Shown one piece after another: positions 36,863 to 53,420 of a stretch of DNA of 64,000 bases. Origin of the DNA: Piromyces finnis finn (lineage: Eukaryota > Fungi > Neocallimastigomycota); assembly GCA_002104945.1 (NCBI GenBank), contig MCFH01000029.1, positions 496,001 through 560,000 of the forward strand, written 5' to 3'. Position numbers and translations under genes: made by a program. Positions within the stretch are counted from its first letter, which is position 1. Each line of letters starts with the position of its first letter. The notes under the pieces were generated by a model that did not search any database, was not told where the DNA came from, and saw only the letters and a list, made by a program, of their open reading frames with translations.

Positions 36863-39800
36863 TGTGATTACGTTTATAAAATTCTATGATTTATTTATAT
36901 CTACTAATATATATTTAAAAATGAAAATTTATTAATGTTTTGATTTTAATCTTTTATGTATACATTTCATTTATTATAATGAAAGTAAAATTAAAAATAT
37001 TTTCAAATTTAATCGCACTTTCCCTTCCTATTTTGATTAAATTTTCAATTTATATTATTATTTAATAAATTATTGTATATATTAAATGAATATCTTTTTC
37101 AAGAATGATTACTATTTATATTTAATAATTTTATAGATGATTATAATATTATTATTTATTAATCAACTACTATTATCATTTCCATTTATTATTTTTTATA
37201 TCGATATTGAAATTATATTTACAATTGGTTATTTTTTTTTTAATTTATGTTATCATTTTACTCTTGTACTTTTACTTTATTTTTTTTTTTTAGAAAAAAA
37301 AAAAGACAATAATATATATTTTATTCAATTTCCTTACCTTTTATTATAATACAAAATTATCTAAATAATTATGGATAAGAATTATTAAATAAATAAATAA
37401 ATTAAAAATTATTACTGTTTTTATTTTATTTTATTTTTCTTTTAAAAAAGACTTTTTACTATTATAAATTATAAATTCTAATTGTATTAATATTATTTTT
37501 AAAGTTTTTTTATTTTTTTTTTTAATACTATTAGTTTAATATTTCTTTTCTTAATTTATTATTACTCTTTAATTCTCTTTTTTTAAATAGGAATAAAAAA
37601 AAGTTATAATAAAAAAAAAAGTTATTAATTTATAATTAAATATAATTTTCTTTATATATTATTAACAATTTATTTTTTTCTTATTCTTTTTTAACTTTTT
37701 TTTCTTTTTACTATTTTTTAGTTTTAGTTTTATTTTTTTTAAAAAAAGAAAAAAAAGAAAATTTAAAATTAAAAAGGTAAAGAAATATATATAAAAAAAA
37801 AAAATAAAACTAAATCAATTATTTACTATTAATATTTATTATAAAAAATTTTTTTAATAATTATTATTATTTGGTTATTCATTTTAAAGTTGTTTTTTTT
37901 TTTTTTTTGTTTTAGATAATTTAAATTAATATATTCATTATTTATGGATCAATTAATTCATTCCATACATTTCAATTACATCATCTAAATTAAATAGAAA
38001 AAAAGAAAAGATATTCTTTTATTATGTGATAAAATTAAAAATAAAAAAAAACACTTTTAAAAATAGGTATAAAGAAGGGATAAAGAAATAAATAGTAAAT
38101 AATAAATAGTATACTATTTATTATTTACTCTTTTTCTAACACCTCCTTTTACACCATTTCTTAATCATTAATGCCCATTTGAAGAGGTATAATATACCTC
38201 TAATGATGTATTAAATATTCACAAATACTATTGGAAAATATTATATAGAACATCCAAATAATATATGATTCAATATATTAAAATAAATTGATTATATTAT
38301 TTGTTCAATGATTATTGGTTAATGAGAAAAGTTAATCTGTAAGATACATAATAATAATAATAAAAATTATAAAAATTTAATGGATGGAAAAAAGCAAATT
38401 AATTTAATTCTATATATTAGTAATTAAATATAATATGTTGGAAAAATTAAATTAATTAATATTTTACTAATGATAACCTGTAGAGTGGCGATAGTATGGT
38501 ATTATGGTTGTAATGTGTGGTGGGTGGGTGGTAATGCTTTATGGTTATTATTATGATTGCATAGTAAAAGGTTTTTTAATTTTCTATTTTTATATTTTAG
38601 CATAAAAAAAAAAAAAGGATGGAAGTAAAAAAAAAAGTATATATAATATATACATCAACATAAGTTTGAAATTATGTTGGTGAATATATATAATTTTGAG
38701 ATTATTAATAATTATCATAAGAAAAAACAACAACAACTAATAATTAATTATATATAATGCTCAAATAAATAAATTGATACTTTTTTAAATTGTTCTTTAT
38801 TAGAAATATGACATTATATACTATTTATTTATTATTCAATATATTTTCTATTAAAATATTAGAATTAATTTATCTTTATAATTTGAGAATTAACCAACTT
38901 TTTTTCATTATGCTATTAATAAAACATAATAAAAAGATGTATATATTATGAATGAAATTTTTAAACAATGGTTTTTCAATAACTTATTAATAATAATAAA
39001 AAATTAAACTGCTAGAAAAGTGTAATTTCGATGATAATATATATATATATATTTAAAATCTTATTAGAAATTTTCTCAGTGAGTCCTACAGATACGATAA
39101 CTTCAATTTCATTACAAATATTTATATTTACATTTCCGTTAAACACTTTAGAAGTATTTCTTTTATCATAGGCAACAATAGAAATAACATCCTTATTCCC
39201 ATTTATTTCTACGAAAAAAATATTGGATTAAAAATTTATTTTATTTCATATGATTATTTGGTTTGGAATTGAAGAAAACGGGCTTTATCACAAATCTTTA
39301 TTATATTCATTGAAAATATAATTTATAATGCTTTTTCTTTATTTTCTTTTCTATTTTTATTTTTATTTATTATTTTTTCATAGTATTTTTAAATACGATA
39401 ATTATACATTCTAACTCTAAATGAAATTTTAAACACCTAGCTTCCCCCTTCTATTTATTTAATAAATATAAGTTATAAAGACTTTAGATTTTTTAAATTT
39501 TTATATTCAATACAAAAAAACTAATACTTTATATAACATTATCATCTATTTTTCTTTAAAAAATATCTATATAAACATAATAGTATATGTTATTCAGTTT
39601 TATATGATGGCTTTTGCATTACATAAAATATTAGCCATCGAATTTAATAAAAGTGATATAATTAAAATATTTCGTTTTCCTTTTTATCCAAAAAAATATA
39701 TATTATTTGGTTTTACTTCATATTATAATAATATTATATATTTATAGATTTTAAAATTATAAAATATAAAGTAAAATAAGTATAACAAAATTATAATTAT

Positions 39801-40833
39801 TTAATTTTTAAATTGAATTAAATACCTCACCTCTACTAATCCTAATGAATTTATTTTTTAAACTATTCTTTTTGTCCTCTTCTGAATTTTCCTATTTTTT
39901 TTTTTTTTTTTTTTTATTAAAAATTATAATATTTTAATATATCTAGAACTTTAAACTTAATTTAAAAATGGAGACAATTTTAATCTATAATTAAAAATAA
40001 AGTAGAATAAAAAATTTTTATTTAGATAAGACTTCTTTTTTAAAAGTGTAAAGACATAAAGACTTTATTTTGTTGATATTATTATGATGGAATTTTATAT
40101 TTTTCGAGTATTTCTTTTAATTACTTTACCTTTGTTTTATATTTATAATATATACAATTTTAAAATAGTATATATATTAATAATGAAATAATTATATTAC
40201 TATTTTATTTAAGGAAAAAAAAAATTTTTTTTTCCTATATATTTTAAATAAACTTTTTTGAATATAAAATGGTACTAAATACAAATATGCCTTTTATATA
40301 GAAAAAAGTTTAAATTTCTATTAAAAGATATAGAATGTTAAAAATATATTTTATAAGGTATTGTTAATAGAATTTAGTAAAAGTTGTCAAAAGTCATAAC
40401 TTTAATCATAGTATTACTTTTGTTTTTTCTTAAAATATAAGATATTTTATAAAATTAATCTATTTTTATGGTAAAACTTTATAAAGAATAATAAAATAAT
40501 AATATAGAAACAATAAAATAGTATAGAAATAATAAATCATTAATTCTATTTTATAAAAATAATAAACATTATTTTTAGATTACATCTTCCATTCCTAATT
40601 TTCTTTTTTTTCCTTTTTATTTTTCTATTCAATATTGAAATATTAGTTTATTATAGAAGATAATTATAATATTTTAAAAATAAAATAAAAAATATATTGA
40701 AAGTTGAAAAAAAAACAACGAAGCAACCTTTCTCCTATTTAATAAATTATAGAAAGAAAATAATAATAATAATAATAATTATAAAATAAATAAAATAAAA
40801 TAAAAATAATAATTAATATATTTAAATTTCAAC

Positions 40834-42458
40834 ATGTCCAGAAAATCAAGTCCAAACGATGAAAGCAAAAATTGCTGTAGGATATAAAGAATTTTATAAA
40901 AATAAATTAATAAATATACATTTATTTCAAATACTAAAATTTTAATGTCAACAATTTATTATTGTTATAATAATCATTATTTTGTAATACATCAAAAAAA
41001 AAAAAAAAAATGTTTATATAAAGTTTCAAGGAATGAAATTGAATATTTAGACAAAAATTTCTATCAATTAGCTGGATCAAATGAAAAAATAGATAGAACC
41101 AGATTTAGGGATTTATTAACAGATGATTTTGAAATTGATGATTCTTTACTTATGGATAGAGGTAATTATCTAAATTATTATTATTATTATTATTATTAAT
41201 ATTATTATTATTATTATATATATCTATTTATTAAAGAAAATTGAAATTTAGAAAAAATTTATTATCCTTTTAATTAATAATTCATATAATATATCACTTT
41301 AACTATTAGTATTTAGATGTTTAGATTTAGATTCTGATAATTATATTAATCATGATGAATTTATGAGAGGAATGTCAATTCTTCTGAAAGGAAGTATTGA
41401 TGAAAAAATGAAATGTACGAATTATACAAATTTTATATATAATTTTGATTTTATTTAAATATTTATTAACTCCAATTTCGATATATCATTCAATAATATT
41501 TATAAAAAAAAATAGTTTGTTTCAGAGTCTATGATTTAAATGGTGATAACTATATTTCAAAAGAAGAAATGTATCAAATGTTAAAAAATACACTTATTAG
41601 AGTAAATATTTAAATATATACTTAAAAAATATATAATAATTATTAGAATCTGTATATATGATTACAATTAGTTTTTTTTTTTTTTTTTTTCCTTTTTTCT
41701 TACTATAAATTGTTGTTTAATTAATTTTTAATAACTCTGGATTAGGTTGTCGAAGAGGATGAAGATGGTGTTAAAGAATTAGTTGAAATAATATTAAAAA
41801 AAATGGATATTGATCATGATGGAAGAGTTTCAGAGTTAGATTGGTACACAACTATTGAGAAAGATAATCTTTTACTAGAAGCTTTCGGTAAATGTCTTGC
41901 AAATGAAAAGGTATGAAACATTCATTGTATGAAATTACAAAAAAAAAAAAGTATTTTTTAACAACGACAACAAAAAAAAAAATTAATTAATATTACATAT
42001 TAAATTACATATTAAATATTCTTTAATTTTCTTTATAACCAAAATTACGAAAATTTAATTTTAAAAAAATATTCAACACTAATAAATGATGAACAATATT
42101 TTCAAAAATGAATACTTTCAATCTTTATTATAATAATATATAATTATAAAATACTAAAAAAAAAAAAAAGGCTGTTGAAAGATATTTATTACCAGCTTAT
42201 GATGAAAATGAAACAAAAGAATCACCTAAAAAATTATTAAGTTTCCCACACATTAATCTTAATCAATTTGATCCAAGAAATAAAAAACGTAAGGCTATTT
42301 ACGACACTTATAATAAAGGTCTTACATTACCTGTTGTTTCTCCTAATAAATCAAATATTGTAGAAAAGAAAACTGAAGAAAATACTGAAAATACTGAAGA
42401 AAATACTGACACAGCTGCTCAACCTGATTCTCCAGGTCAAGCAGCCATTGCACATTAA
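40834..42458 (+). CDS. EFCAB1: Calaxin/EFCAB1, EF-hand Ca2+ sensor of flagellar outer-arm dynein; multi-exon
   Basis: Spliced product ...DRTRFRDLLTDDFEIDDSLLMDRVFRCLDLDSDNYI...[35 protein letters not shown]...GVKELVEIILKKMDIDHDGRVS...LLLEAFGKCL parallels animal calaxin as recalled. Confidence 0.88.
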
Positions 42459-42885
42459 ATGATATAATTTATATAATAATTCATATAAAGATCAATATAT
42501 TTAAAACCGAATCTATTAACATTTTATAAATAATAATAATATTTTATTATATTTATAATTATATATTATATATTTAAATGATATTTTAAATATTATAGTG
42601 CTAGACACTTCAATCATTAAACATACTACAATAAATTATTCAATAGCTTATATTTGTATATATACACATATATATACTTTTTTTCATATTAACAACAATT
42701 TTTTTATTTTAACTTATATTCTTTAATTTGTTATTTATATTTTACTTTTGTTTTCGTTTTTTTTTTTTTTTTTTTTTTCCTTTTTATTTTTTATGTATTA
42801 TTTTCAAATATTAATCATTAAAAAAATATAAATAATTTAATTAATAAACTATAAAATTTAAAAAATACAGAAAAAATAGTTTATT

Positions 42886-42921
<36 letters not shown>

Positions 42922-43770
42922 TTTTTTTTTTTTTTTTTTTTTTTGATATAAAAAATGTTTAAATCTTTTTATATAATCAATTTTATTGGACATTTTTAAA
43001 AAAAAAAAAAAAGTTTAAAAATAAATTTCATTTTGATAATAATGACAAGGTAAAAAAAAAAAAAAAAAAAAAAGAAATAAAAGAAATAAAAAAGAAATAT
43101 ATAATTTCAAATAGTTTCAGTTCAAATATATATACTTATAACTCAAATTCCGAAAATTATTATTATAATTTTACATAAAAAGAAATTAAATTTATAAAGT
43201 AAGTGATTAGTAATTGATAATTTAAAGCTTAAAAACTGATTTAAGACAATAAACATTTATATTAATGAAGAGAAAAGTAATAAAAAATAAATGAGATTTA
43301 AAATTTCACAAATAGTTATATAATTGATATTTAAAATATTGGGATAAACAAGGCATGCTTTTTAGATTTTCTTTTTTTTTTATATTGACATATTGACAAT
43401 CTAAATTTAAATAATATAAAAGTTCAACCCGAGGAGGCCAGAAAAACTTGATTTTATTTAAAATGGAAATATAAAGTAATATATAAATTTAAATTCGTAA
43501 CCATTATATTGAGAATGAATATATTCATGTTTAAAAAAGAAAATATTAAGAAGTAGAACGAAAAATAAATATTAAACTTTGTATAATAATGATAAAAACT
43601 AATATTTATAAGAAATAATAATATATATAAATTAATTTATTAATAAATGTTTTTATTATTATAAGAATATATATATATAAAACATACATAAATACTAATT
43701 TATACACATATATATAAAATTATATTACTAGAAAAAATTAATTCTGTACTGAACTTTTATATTATTTAAA

Positions 43771-44790
43771 ATGGTAATAAAAGTCGAACATTCAAAAAAG
43801 TATAAACAATTAAAACAAGTATTGTTTAATACAATTAAGATTTCAGCTGCTGCAATTTTTGCAATCTTATTAGCACTTGTTATTAAATTAGATTTTGCAG
43901 TAGCAGCTGGTATTGTTGCTATACTTTCAGTTCAACCCACAAAAAAAGAAACTTTTAAAACAGCTATCGATAGATTTCTTGCTTTTGTAGTGGCACTTGT
44001 TATTTGTGGATTATGTTTTAATCTTTTAGGTTTTACAACAACTGTATTTTACCTTTATCTTGTTCTTTTTATTGTTGTATGCCAATGGAGAAAATGGTAT
44101 TCGGCAATGGCTATGGACTCGGTTCTTATTTCACATTTTTTAAATTTTGAAAAAATGGGATTCAAAGAAGTTTTAAACGAATCCCTTTTATTTATTATTG
44201 GTGTTGGATTTGGTATCTTAGTTAATATTTATCTTCATAAAAGAACAGATTATATTGAAGAATTAAGAAATAGTACGGATGAATTAATAAAACAAACACT
44301 TCATCGAATGTCCCTTAGAATTATGGATCCTGGACTTCCAAATTACGATGGAAGTTGTTTCAAAAAACTTAATGATTGTTTATTCACTGCTAAAAGACAA
44401 GCTGTAAAGAATTATAATAATCAATTTACCAAAAAAGATACCTATGATACCAATTACTTAAATATGCGTGAAAATCAAATAAAAGTATTACAAGAAATGT
44501 TTAAATGTGTATATAAAATAAAATCAGTGCCAAGTACAGCACTTGATATTGCTAGTATTATAGAAAAGGTATCTTGCGAATATCATAAAGATAATGATGT
44601 AAAAACTCTTTTAGAGGATCTTAACAAAGTTCATGAAGCTATGAAAACTGTACCTTTCCCAGTGACTCGTGAAGAATTTGAGGATCGTGCAAATTTATTT
44701 ATTCTTATGGAACGTCTTGAAGAATTTCTTTCCATTAAACAAGAATTTATGAAAGAAGAAGATGCTATTATAGAAGTAACAAATAACTAG
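43771..44790 (+). CDS. Bacterial-type aromatic acid exporter family protein (ArAE_1/DUF939, YgaE-like), probable HGT
   Basis: Intronless 339 aa. N-terminal TM hairpins (AAGIVAILSVQPTKKET, SVLISH, LFIIGVGFGILVNIY) and a helical C-terminus ending FEDRANLF..LEEFL, typical of the bacterial family. Confidence 0.8.
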   Translation: MVIKVEHSKKYKQLKQVLFNTIKISAAAIFAILLALVIKLDFAVAAGIVAILSVQPTKKETFKTAIDRFLAFVVALVICGLCFNLLGFTTTVFYLYLVLFIVVCQWRKWYSAMAMDSVLISHFLNFEKMGFKEVLNESLLFIIGVGFGILVNIYLHKRTDYIEELRNSTDELIKQTLHRMSLRIMDPGLPNYDGSCFKKLNDCLFTAKRQAVKNYNNQFTKKDTYDTNYLNMRENQIKVLQEMFKCVYKIKSVPSTALDIASIIEKVSCEYHKDNDVKTLLEDLNKVHEAMKTVPFPVTREEFEDRANLFILMERLEEFLSIKQEFMKEEDAIIEVTNN

Positions 44791-46506
44791 AAAAAAAAAA
44801 AAGAATTATGAAATTATTGGAAAATTTATCCATTTTTTATTCAAGTTACAATTTCTTTTTATCAAAAGGACTTTTCATTTGTAATAAATTCTGATGTGTC
44901 ATTGAAAAAAAAAAAAAAAAGGGAATTTAATATAATAATAATATTGACCTATTTATTAATAGGATAGTAATAGAAGGGTTAAATTGTTCAATATATATAT
45001 GTATATACAGCTCATGCATTTTTATAAAAAAAAAATAATTTTTTTAAATTATTCTTTTATTTTTTGCCAATAAATAAATCTATTCTGATTTTATTTTTTT
45101 TTTTTTTTTTAAGTAATGAAATAAAAAATAAATAAATACAGATCATACTTTTTAAATATTATAACTTTATTTTGTAAAATAATAATAATAATAGTAATAA
45201 AAAAAAAAATAAATAAAAAACTCGAGTATTAGAAAATAAGGTTAATTAAGAATTAATTTGTAATAGCCTTTTTAGTTAGTTTTAATTTATATAACGATTC
45301 CAAAATTTTAAATAGCTTTTCTGGTGACACAATTTTATGTTATAAAATTTTAAAATAAATAAAGTTATTTTCATACAAAGGAAAAGAAAAAAAAAAAAAA
45401 GTACTATTGTTATTATTACTTTTTTCCTGTAATATGGCTTAATTCATACACATATTCTATATGAAATAAATATAAAATAGAATAAAAATATGAAATAACA
45501 ATAGTAAAAATATAATAAATGTATAAGTAATGTAATAAACTTTTATGTAATGTATAATAAATTTAGACCCTAATTAAGTTTTATTATTATAGAAAAATGG
45601 ATAGGAAGAAGAGAGGAATTATTTTTAGATGGCATAGTTTTATAATATGAAATATATAGAATATATAAAATATTATTTGATGTAACAAAAATAATAAAAT
45701 ATTGATATGATATAATATGTAAATTGCCACACATCCGTATTAGTAATTTTAAGTTTATGTTAGTTATTTTTCCTAAAATTTATATAGTTTATTTTTAAAT
45801 AGAATATAACATAAATGTAATGTAAATATTGTATTATAATTGGATAATAGATTATTGAATTAGGATCCATTATGTAAACAATATAAAAAAAATATTTAGT
45901 ATTAAAAAGGATACTTGATTTATAAGACAAGCCTAGATGTTTGGATATTTAGAGAAAAGAAAAATCTTGAAAATAAAAATTTATATTATTTAAAGTTTTA
46001 ATTCCTTCTTTCTACAAAAAATTAACATAAACCCATATCAACATCTACTTCACATGTCTAAAAGTTAATATATCATTTATTTATATAATATAAATTTTAA
46101 TGTCAATTCTTAATAAAGTAAAATTTAAAGATGTAAATAATAATATCAATTTTGAACTTTAATATACGAAAAAAAATACCGTTAGACTTTTATCAAATAT
46201 AATAAATAATTAGTTTATCATAACAATGAATTATAACGATTAATGGCACACTTTTTTTTATTTTATTATTAATATATTTTTTTTTTATTTTTGAAATTTA
46301 ATAGTTTATCAATCAAATAGTTTAATAATTTATTAATTAGTAAAACGCCTCTTTTATTTTTAATATTAAAAAAAAACTATACAAATAAATTAATCCTTTT
46401 TTTTTTTTTCTTATTCATGTATTTTCAAAAAGAAAGGAATTTATATTTAAGGTTTTTACATTAACCATGAATTTATTTTAAATTAATTTTGTATTTCATT
46501 GTATCT

Positions 46507-46608
46507 TTGTATATTTTATGTGTTTCTCGGCCATACCACATTAATAATGTAAATTAATTGTATATTTTATGTGTTTCTCGGTCATACCACATTAATAATG
46601 TAAATTAA
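46507..46608. repeat. 51-bp tandem duplication (1 mismatch)
   Basis: TTGTATATTTTATGTGTTTCTCGG[C/T]CATACCACATTAATAATGTAAATTAA x2. Confidence 0.9.
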
Positions 46609-48702
46609 AGTAATAATAAACTTTTAAATATCATTGGGATGAAATAATTTAAAAGTGATAATTAACATAAATTTGTAAAAAATATTAATATAAATAAATA
46701 AATTAAAAAGAGATTTTATGTGCAACGTCATAATTTTATTGTTCATATTAAATTAAAAAAGTGATAATTTAATTTAAAAATTCAAATAATTCAGGAGAAG
46801 CAAATAGGACAGAAAAAAAAAAATAAATGAGTATCAAAGGGGATATAATAAATAAACAAAACATAACTGTAAATAAATAATAATTAATTCTCACTGTCTT
46901 ATTAACTTAAATATACATTACTCTTAAATTATAAACAATTGAAAAAAATACACAATTCATGACTATTATCTTTTAATGATGTAAATAAAATAAAAATAAA
47001 TATCATGTATTTTAATATTTAATAAATTATAAAGGTTATTAGAATACAATATGAAGATTATAACAAAGGTAAAGTTTTATATTTTTAAATATTTAAATTC
47101 AATAATAAACAGAAAAAAAAAAGATGATTTGTGTTATAGTTAAAATAAAGTGTATGACTATTACAACAGTATTGTAATAAAAATATTTAATAATAATCAA
47201 GGTAAAAATTAAAAAAAAAAAAAAAACTTTTTAATTAGAATAATTAAATAATTTAAACAGAATTTTTATCATAAAAAAATATATTACATAGCCATAATAT
47301 TTCTTTGTAAAAGAAATAAAATAATAAAAAAGGAGTAATATCAAAGTTCTTATTTTCATAGTGGGTTTTCCATCAAACTTTATAAAACACTTTTTATTTA
47401 TATTAATATTATAAAATTTTGATTAAAAGTTTTTTTAAAAATAAGAATAAATATTATTGAAAATGATAATTTTTAAATAAATAAAATAAAAAAATATAAA
47501 TAATAAATATAAAAAAAATAAACAAATACTTTTTCAATTATTTTAGTAAATATTTATGTGCTACAGGTAGGAATAAATATGTATGCGGTAAAGTGTAGAA
47601 ATTAATAGTCGACCATGATATTTAATAAAAAAAACTATTGTAATAAACAGTAATAATAATTTTAAGTAAATAAAAAAGAATGTTTATACATTGTTATACA
47701 TTGTAAACTTTATTTGGATGAAAAACTTTAAAATTATGTTGTTAAAAAAACAATATATTAATTATTTTTATATCGTGTTAATAAAATCAAGATTATATTA
47801 ATGATAAGAAATAAGATAATAAAAATAATAAAAATATTAATAAATTCCTATTTTTAAATATTCATATAAAATATATTAACAATTATTGTATATTAAAACT
47901 TTGTTCATCTTTAATACTATTCTGTATTAAAAAATGTAAACAAAATATAAATATAAATTAAAAAAGTAAAAACTATACATTTTTGTAAAAGTAAAAAAAA
48001 TACATTTTCATATTTTTTTTTTTTTATTTTTTTTTTATATGTTTGAGTATTTAAGTTAATTCATTAAATAGTTTTCATAGACAATAAAAATGTCTAAATT
48101 AAAATTAATCAAACTATTTATTAAATAACAATAAAAAATAATTACTTTTAATTAAGTCATATTAAATTAACAATGGGTTAAATATTCATTATGAACTTTT
48201 TCCAAAATAAAAATATGGTAATTTATAAAAATGTTTCAGATATTATTCTTTTAATATGTAAATTGGAAAGATATATTAAACTGTCATGGTAGTCATATTA
48301 AATCCCTTTTCTATCTAAATAAAAAAGAGGAGGTAATGATAAAGTAATTTATAGTATTAACGGAATTCTTTTGTAAATCTTATATCCCTTATATTATTCT
48401 TTATTTAGAAAATAGATGTATTATGTATTATGCATAATTATTAATATTTTAGTAATAAAAATTTAGGGTATAGTTTTCTAATATTTTTAATAATTATATA
48501 TATTTTGTATTACCATTTTTAAATATATAATTATAGTAAAAGCTTTAATATTAATTAAAATCAAATACTTTTTAAATTACTAAAATACATCTATATTAAT
48601 GATGTCTTTTGTCTTTTCCCCTTTTTCTGATAAATTACTTTATTAAGTAATAAAAAAGATGGCTTTTTCATTACAATAAATTATAATATTTATTTGTTGA
48701 TT

Positions 48703-48792
48703 AAATAAAAAAAAAGTGATAATTAAAAAATATAAAGAATAAATAAATAAAAAAAAAAAGTGATAATTAAAAAATATAAAGAATAAATAAAT
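48703..48792. repeat. ~45-bp tandem duplication
   Basis: AAAT(A)nGTGATAATTAAAAAATATAAAGAAT... x2, differing in A-run length. Confidence 0.8.
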
Positions 48793-50868
48793 ATAATGTA
48801 AACTTTTTTGTATCAAAAAAAACTTTAATTTTAATTATTTAAATTAAATAAAAATGGTTACATTAAATGAAAAAATTAAAGTATTTTTAGTTTTTGTTTT
48901 TTATAATCAAATCATAAATCCATGATGTATGGTTAATATTTCTGAATATTTTAAAAGTGAACAAAATTAGATTTAATTAGTATTATTTTTTTAATAATAC
49001 TAATAATAAATAATTTTCATTAATAATTAATATGTTACAACTACAATTACTTGTTACACTAATAATTTTTAAGATATATTCTATTAAAATAAAATGAGTA
49101 ATAATAAAAATACTATAGTAAAATTATATTATTACCTATTAAAAATTTTAATTAAGCCTTATATTTTAGTTTTTTTCTTTCTATTATCCTCCTTGATAAT
49201 ATTAATTTAAAAAACTTCCGTCTATACCTAATATTTAATATATTTCCTACTAACATTAATATCTTATTGCCACCTTTTTTTTTTTTTTTATTACTATTAC
49301 TATTATTGTAATATATATTGATCAGCAAATTAAAAAGTATATTTTTTCTTTTTGTTCCTAAATAAAAGTAATATAAAATTGAAATATTAATCTATTAAAA
49401 TAACTTATTTATTATCAAAAGCTTCTTTTTTGTTTATATTAAAATATGTAAACTTTTCGTGTTCATTGGTAATTCATATTAATTTCATGTAATAATAAAT
49501 TCAATGATTTAAATTTCAATCTATTAAACAAATTAAAGAAATTATAAAATAGATATATATTTTAAATATCTTTTTTTTTTTTTTTTAAAAAAACTATATA
49601 TATGAATCATTTAAATTAAAAATATATTATTTATTATTATCTTTTCAAATATAATTAAGAATGAATAAATGACTAACAGAATTTTTTAAAATTATATAGA
49701 ATTTAATTATATAAATTAAATAACGTTTTTGTATGGATATTCATTAATTATATTATCTTTAATTAAGCCTAATGTTCTATTTAATCTTTAGTTATTTATT
49801 AAAAAATAATCAAATTTTTGGTAAAGTTATTGAAAAGTTTAAATGATAATAAAATTAAAAAAAAAAAAAATAATAATAATAATAATCTATTGATTAATAA
49901 ATCTAATTTATAAATAATTGAATTTTTATAATAATAAAGATGGTTAAAATCTAATTTGACGACATTAGTTCTATGTAAACTATAGTAAATATAATTAATT
50001 ATTCTTAATTAACAAATTTATACCTTAAAAATTAGTTAAATTAATTTATTAAATGCAATAATTAAGTTAAATACATATATCAATTTAACTTGTCTATATA
50101 TATAACGGAATGACATTTTATTATTTAATCTTTCCTCGAATAATTAGAAAAATAATAATAAAAGAAAAACTAGTCAATACATAAATGAAGACCTCTATTC
50201 AAATATATAATACTAATAAATTTTTGAAAAATAAATATTAAATAGTTTTCCCTTTTTTCTTTTTTTTAATATAATAAATATACTATTTTTTAAGGTTTTA
50301 ATCCAAATCATATAAATTAAACTTTTTCAAGTTTATTTAATATATTTTTGTGGAATGATAAAAAAATTTTTTTTTCAATAAATTTACATCTTTTTTCTTT
50401 ATTTTTTTTTTTTTTCTTTAAATCTTCATTTTTTATTAAACAATTAAAAGAATACACCACTACACCACCCTTAATAAAAGAAATAAAAGATACATATAAT
50501 TATTTGGATAGATTTTAATAGAAACAATAAAAATAAATTATTATTATAAGTTAAAATGAAATAATAATATAAACATTTATTATAAAAAGAACAATAAATA
50601 ATTAAAACGATACTAAAAAAAATAATATAAACCACATAAACTACAACATATTTTATTTATTAGGTATAAATAGCTTTTATAGATACATATCTTTTTTTAT
50701 TTTATTCAGCTTTAAATAAGTTTTATATATAAAGATATTGATCGATATGGATTAAAAAATCGAAAATATTATTACAATAATCATATATTATTAATAAATT
50801 ATAATTGTATTAATTGTATGTATTTTTATATCTAAAATAACTTATTATCATAGATAAATTGTAACAAT

Positions 50869-53420
<2,552 letters not shown>

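Noticed and set aside
39050-39300. Slightly GC-richer patch translating to protein-like fragments on the minus strand
   Set aside because: Multiple stops and no recognisable motif; at most an unassignable relic.
43771-44790. Bacterial contamination or chimeric assembly
   Set aside because: There are no neighbouring bacterial genes, and the flanks and codon usage match the AT-rich host. Read-level confirmation is still needed.
45628-45640. 13-nt match AGATGGCATAGTT to the minus strand near 16933-16945
   Set aside because: The match does not extend and is plausibly chance in low-complexity DNA.
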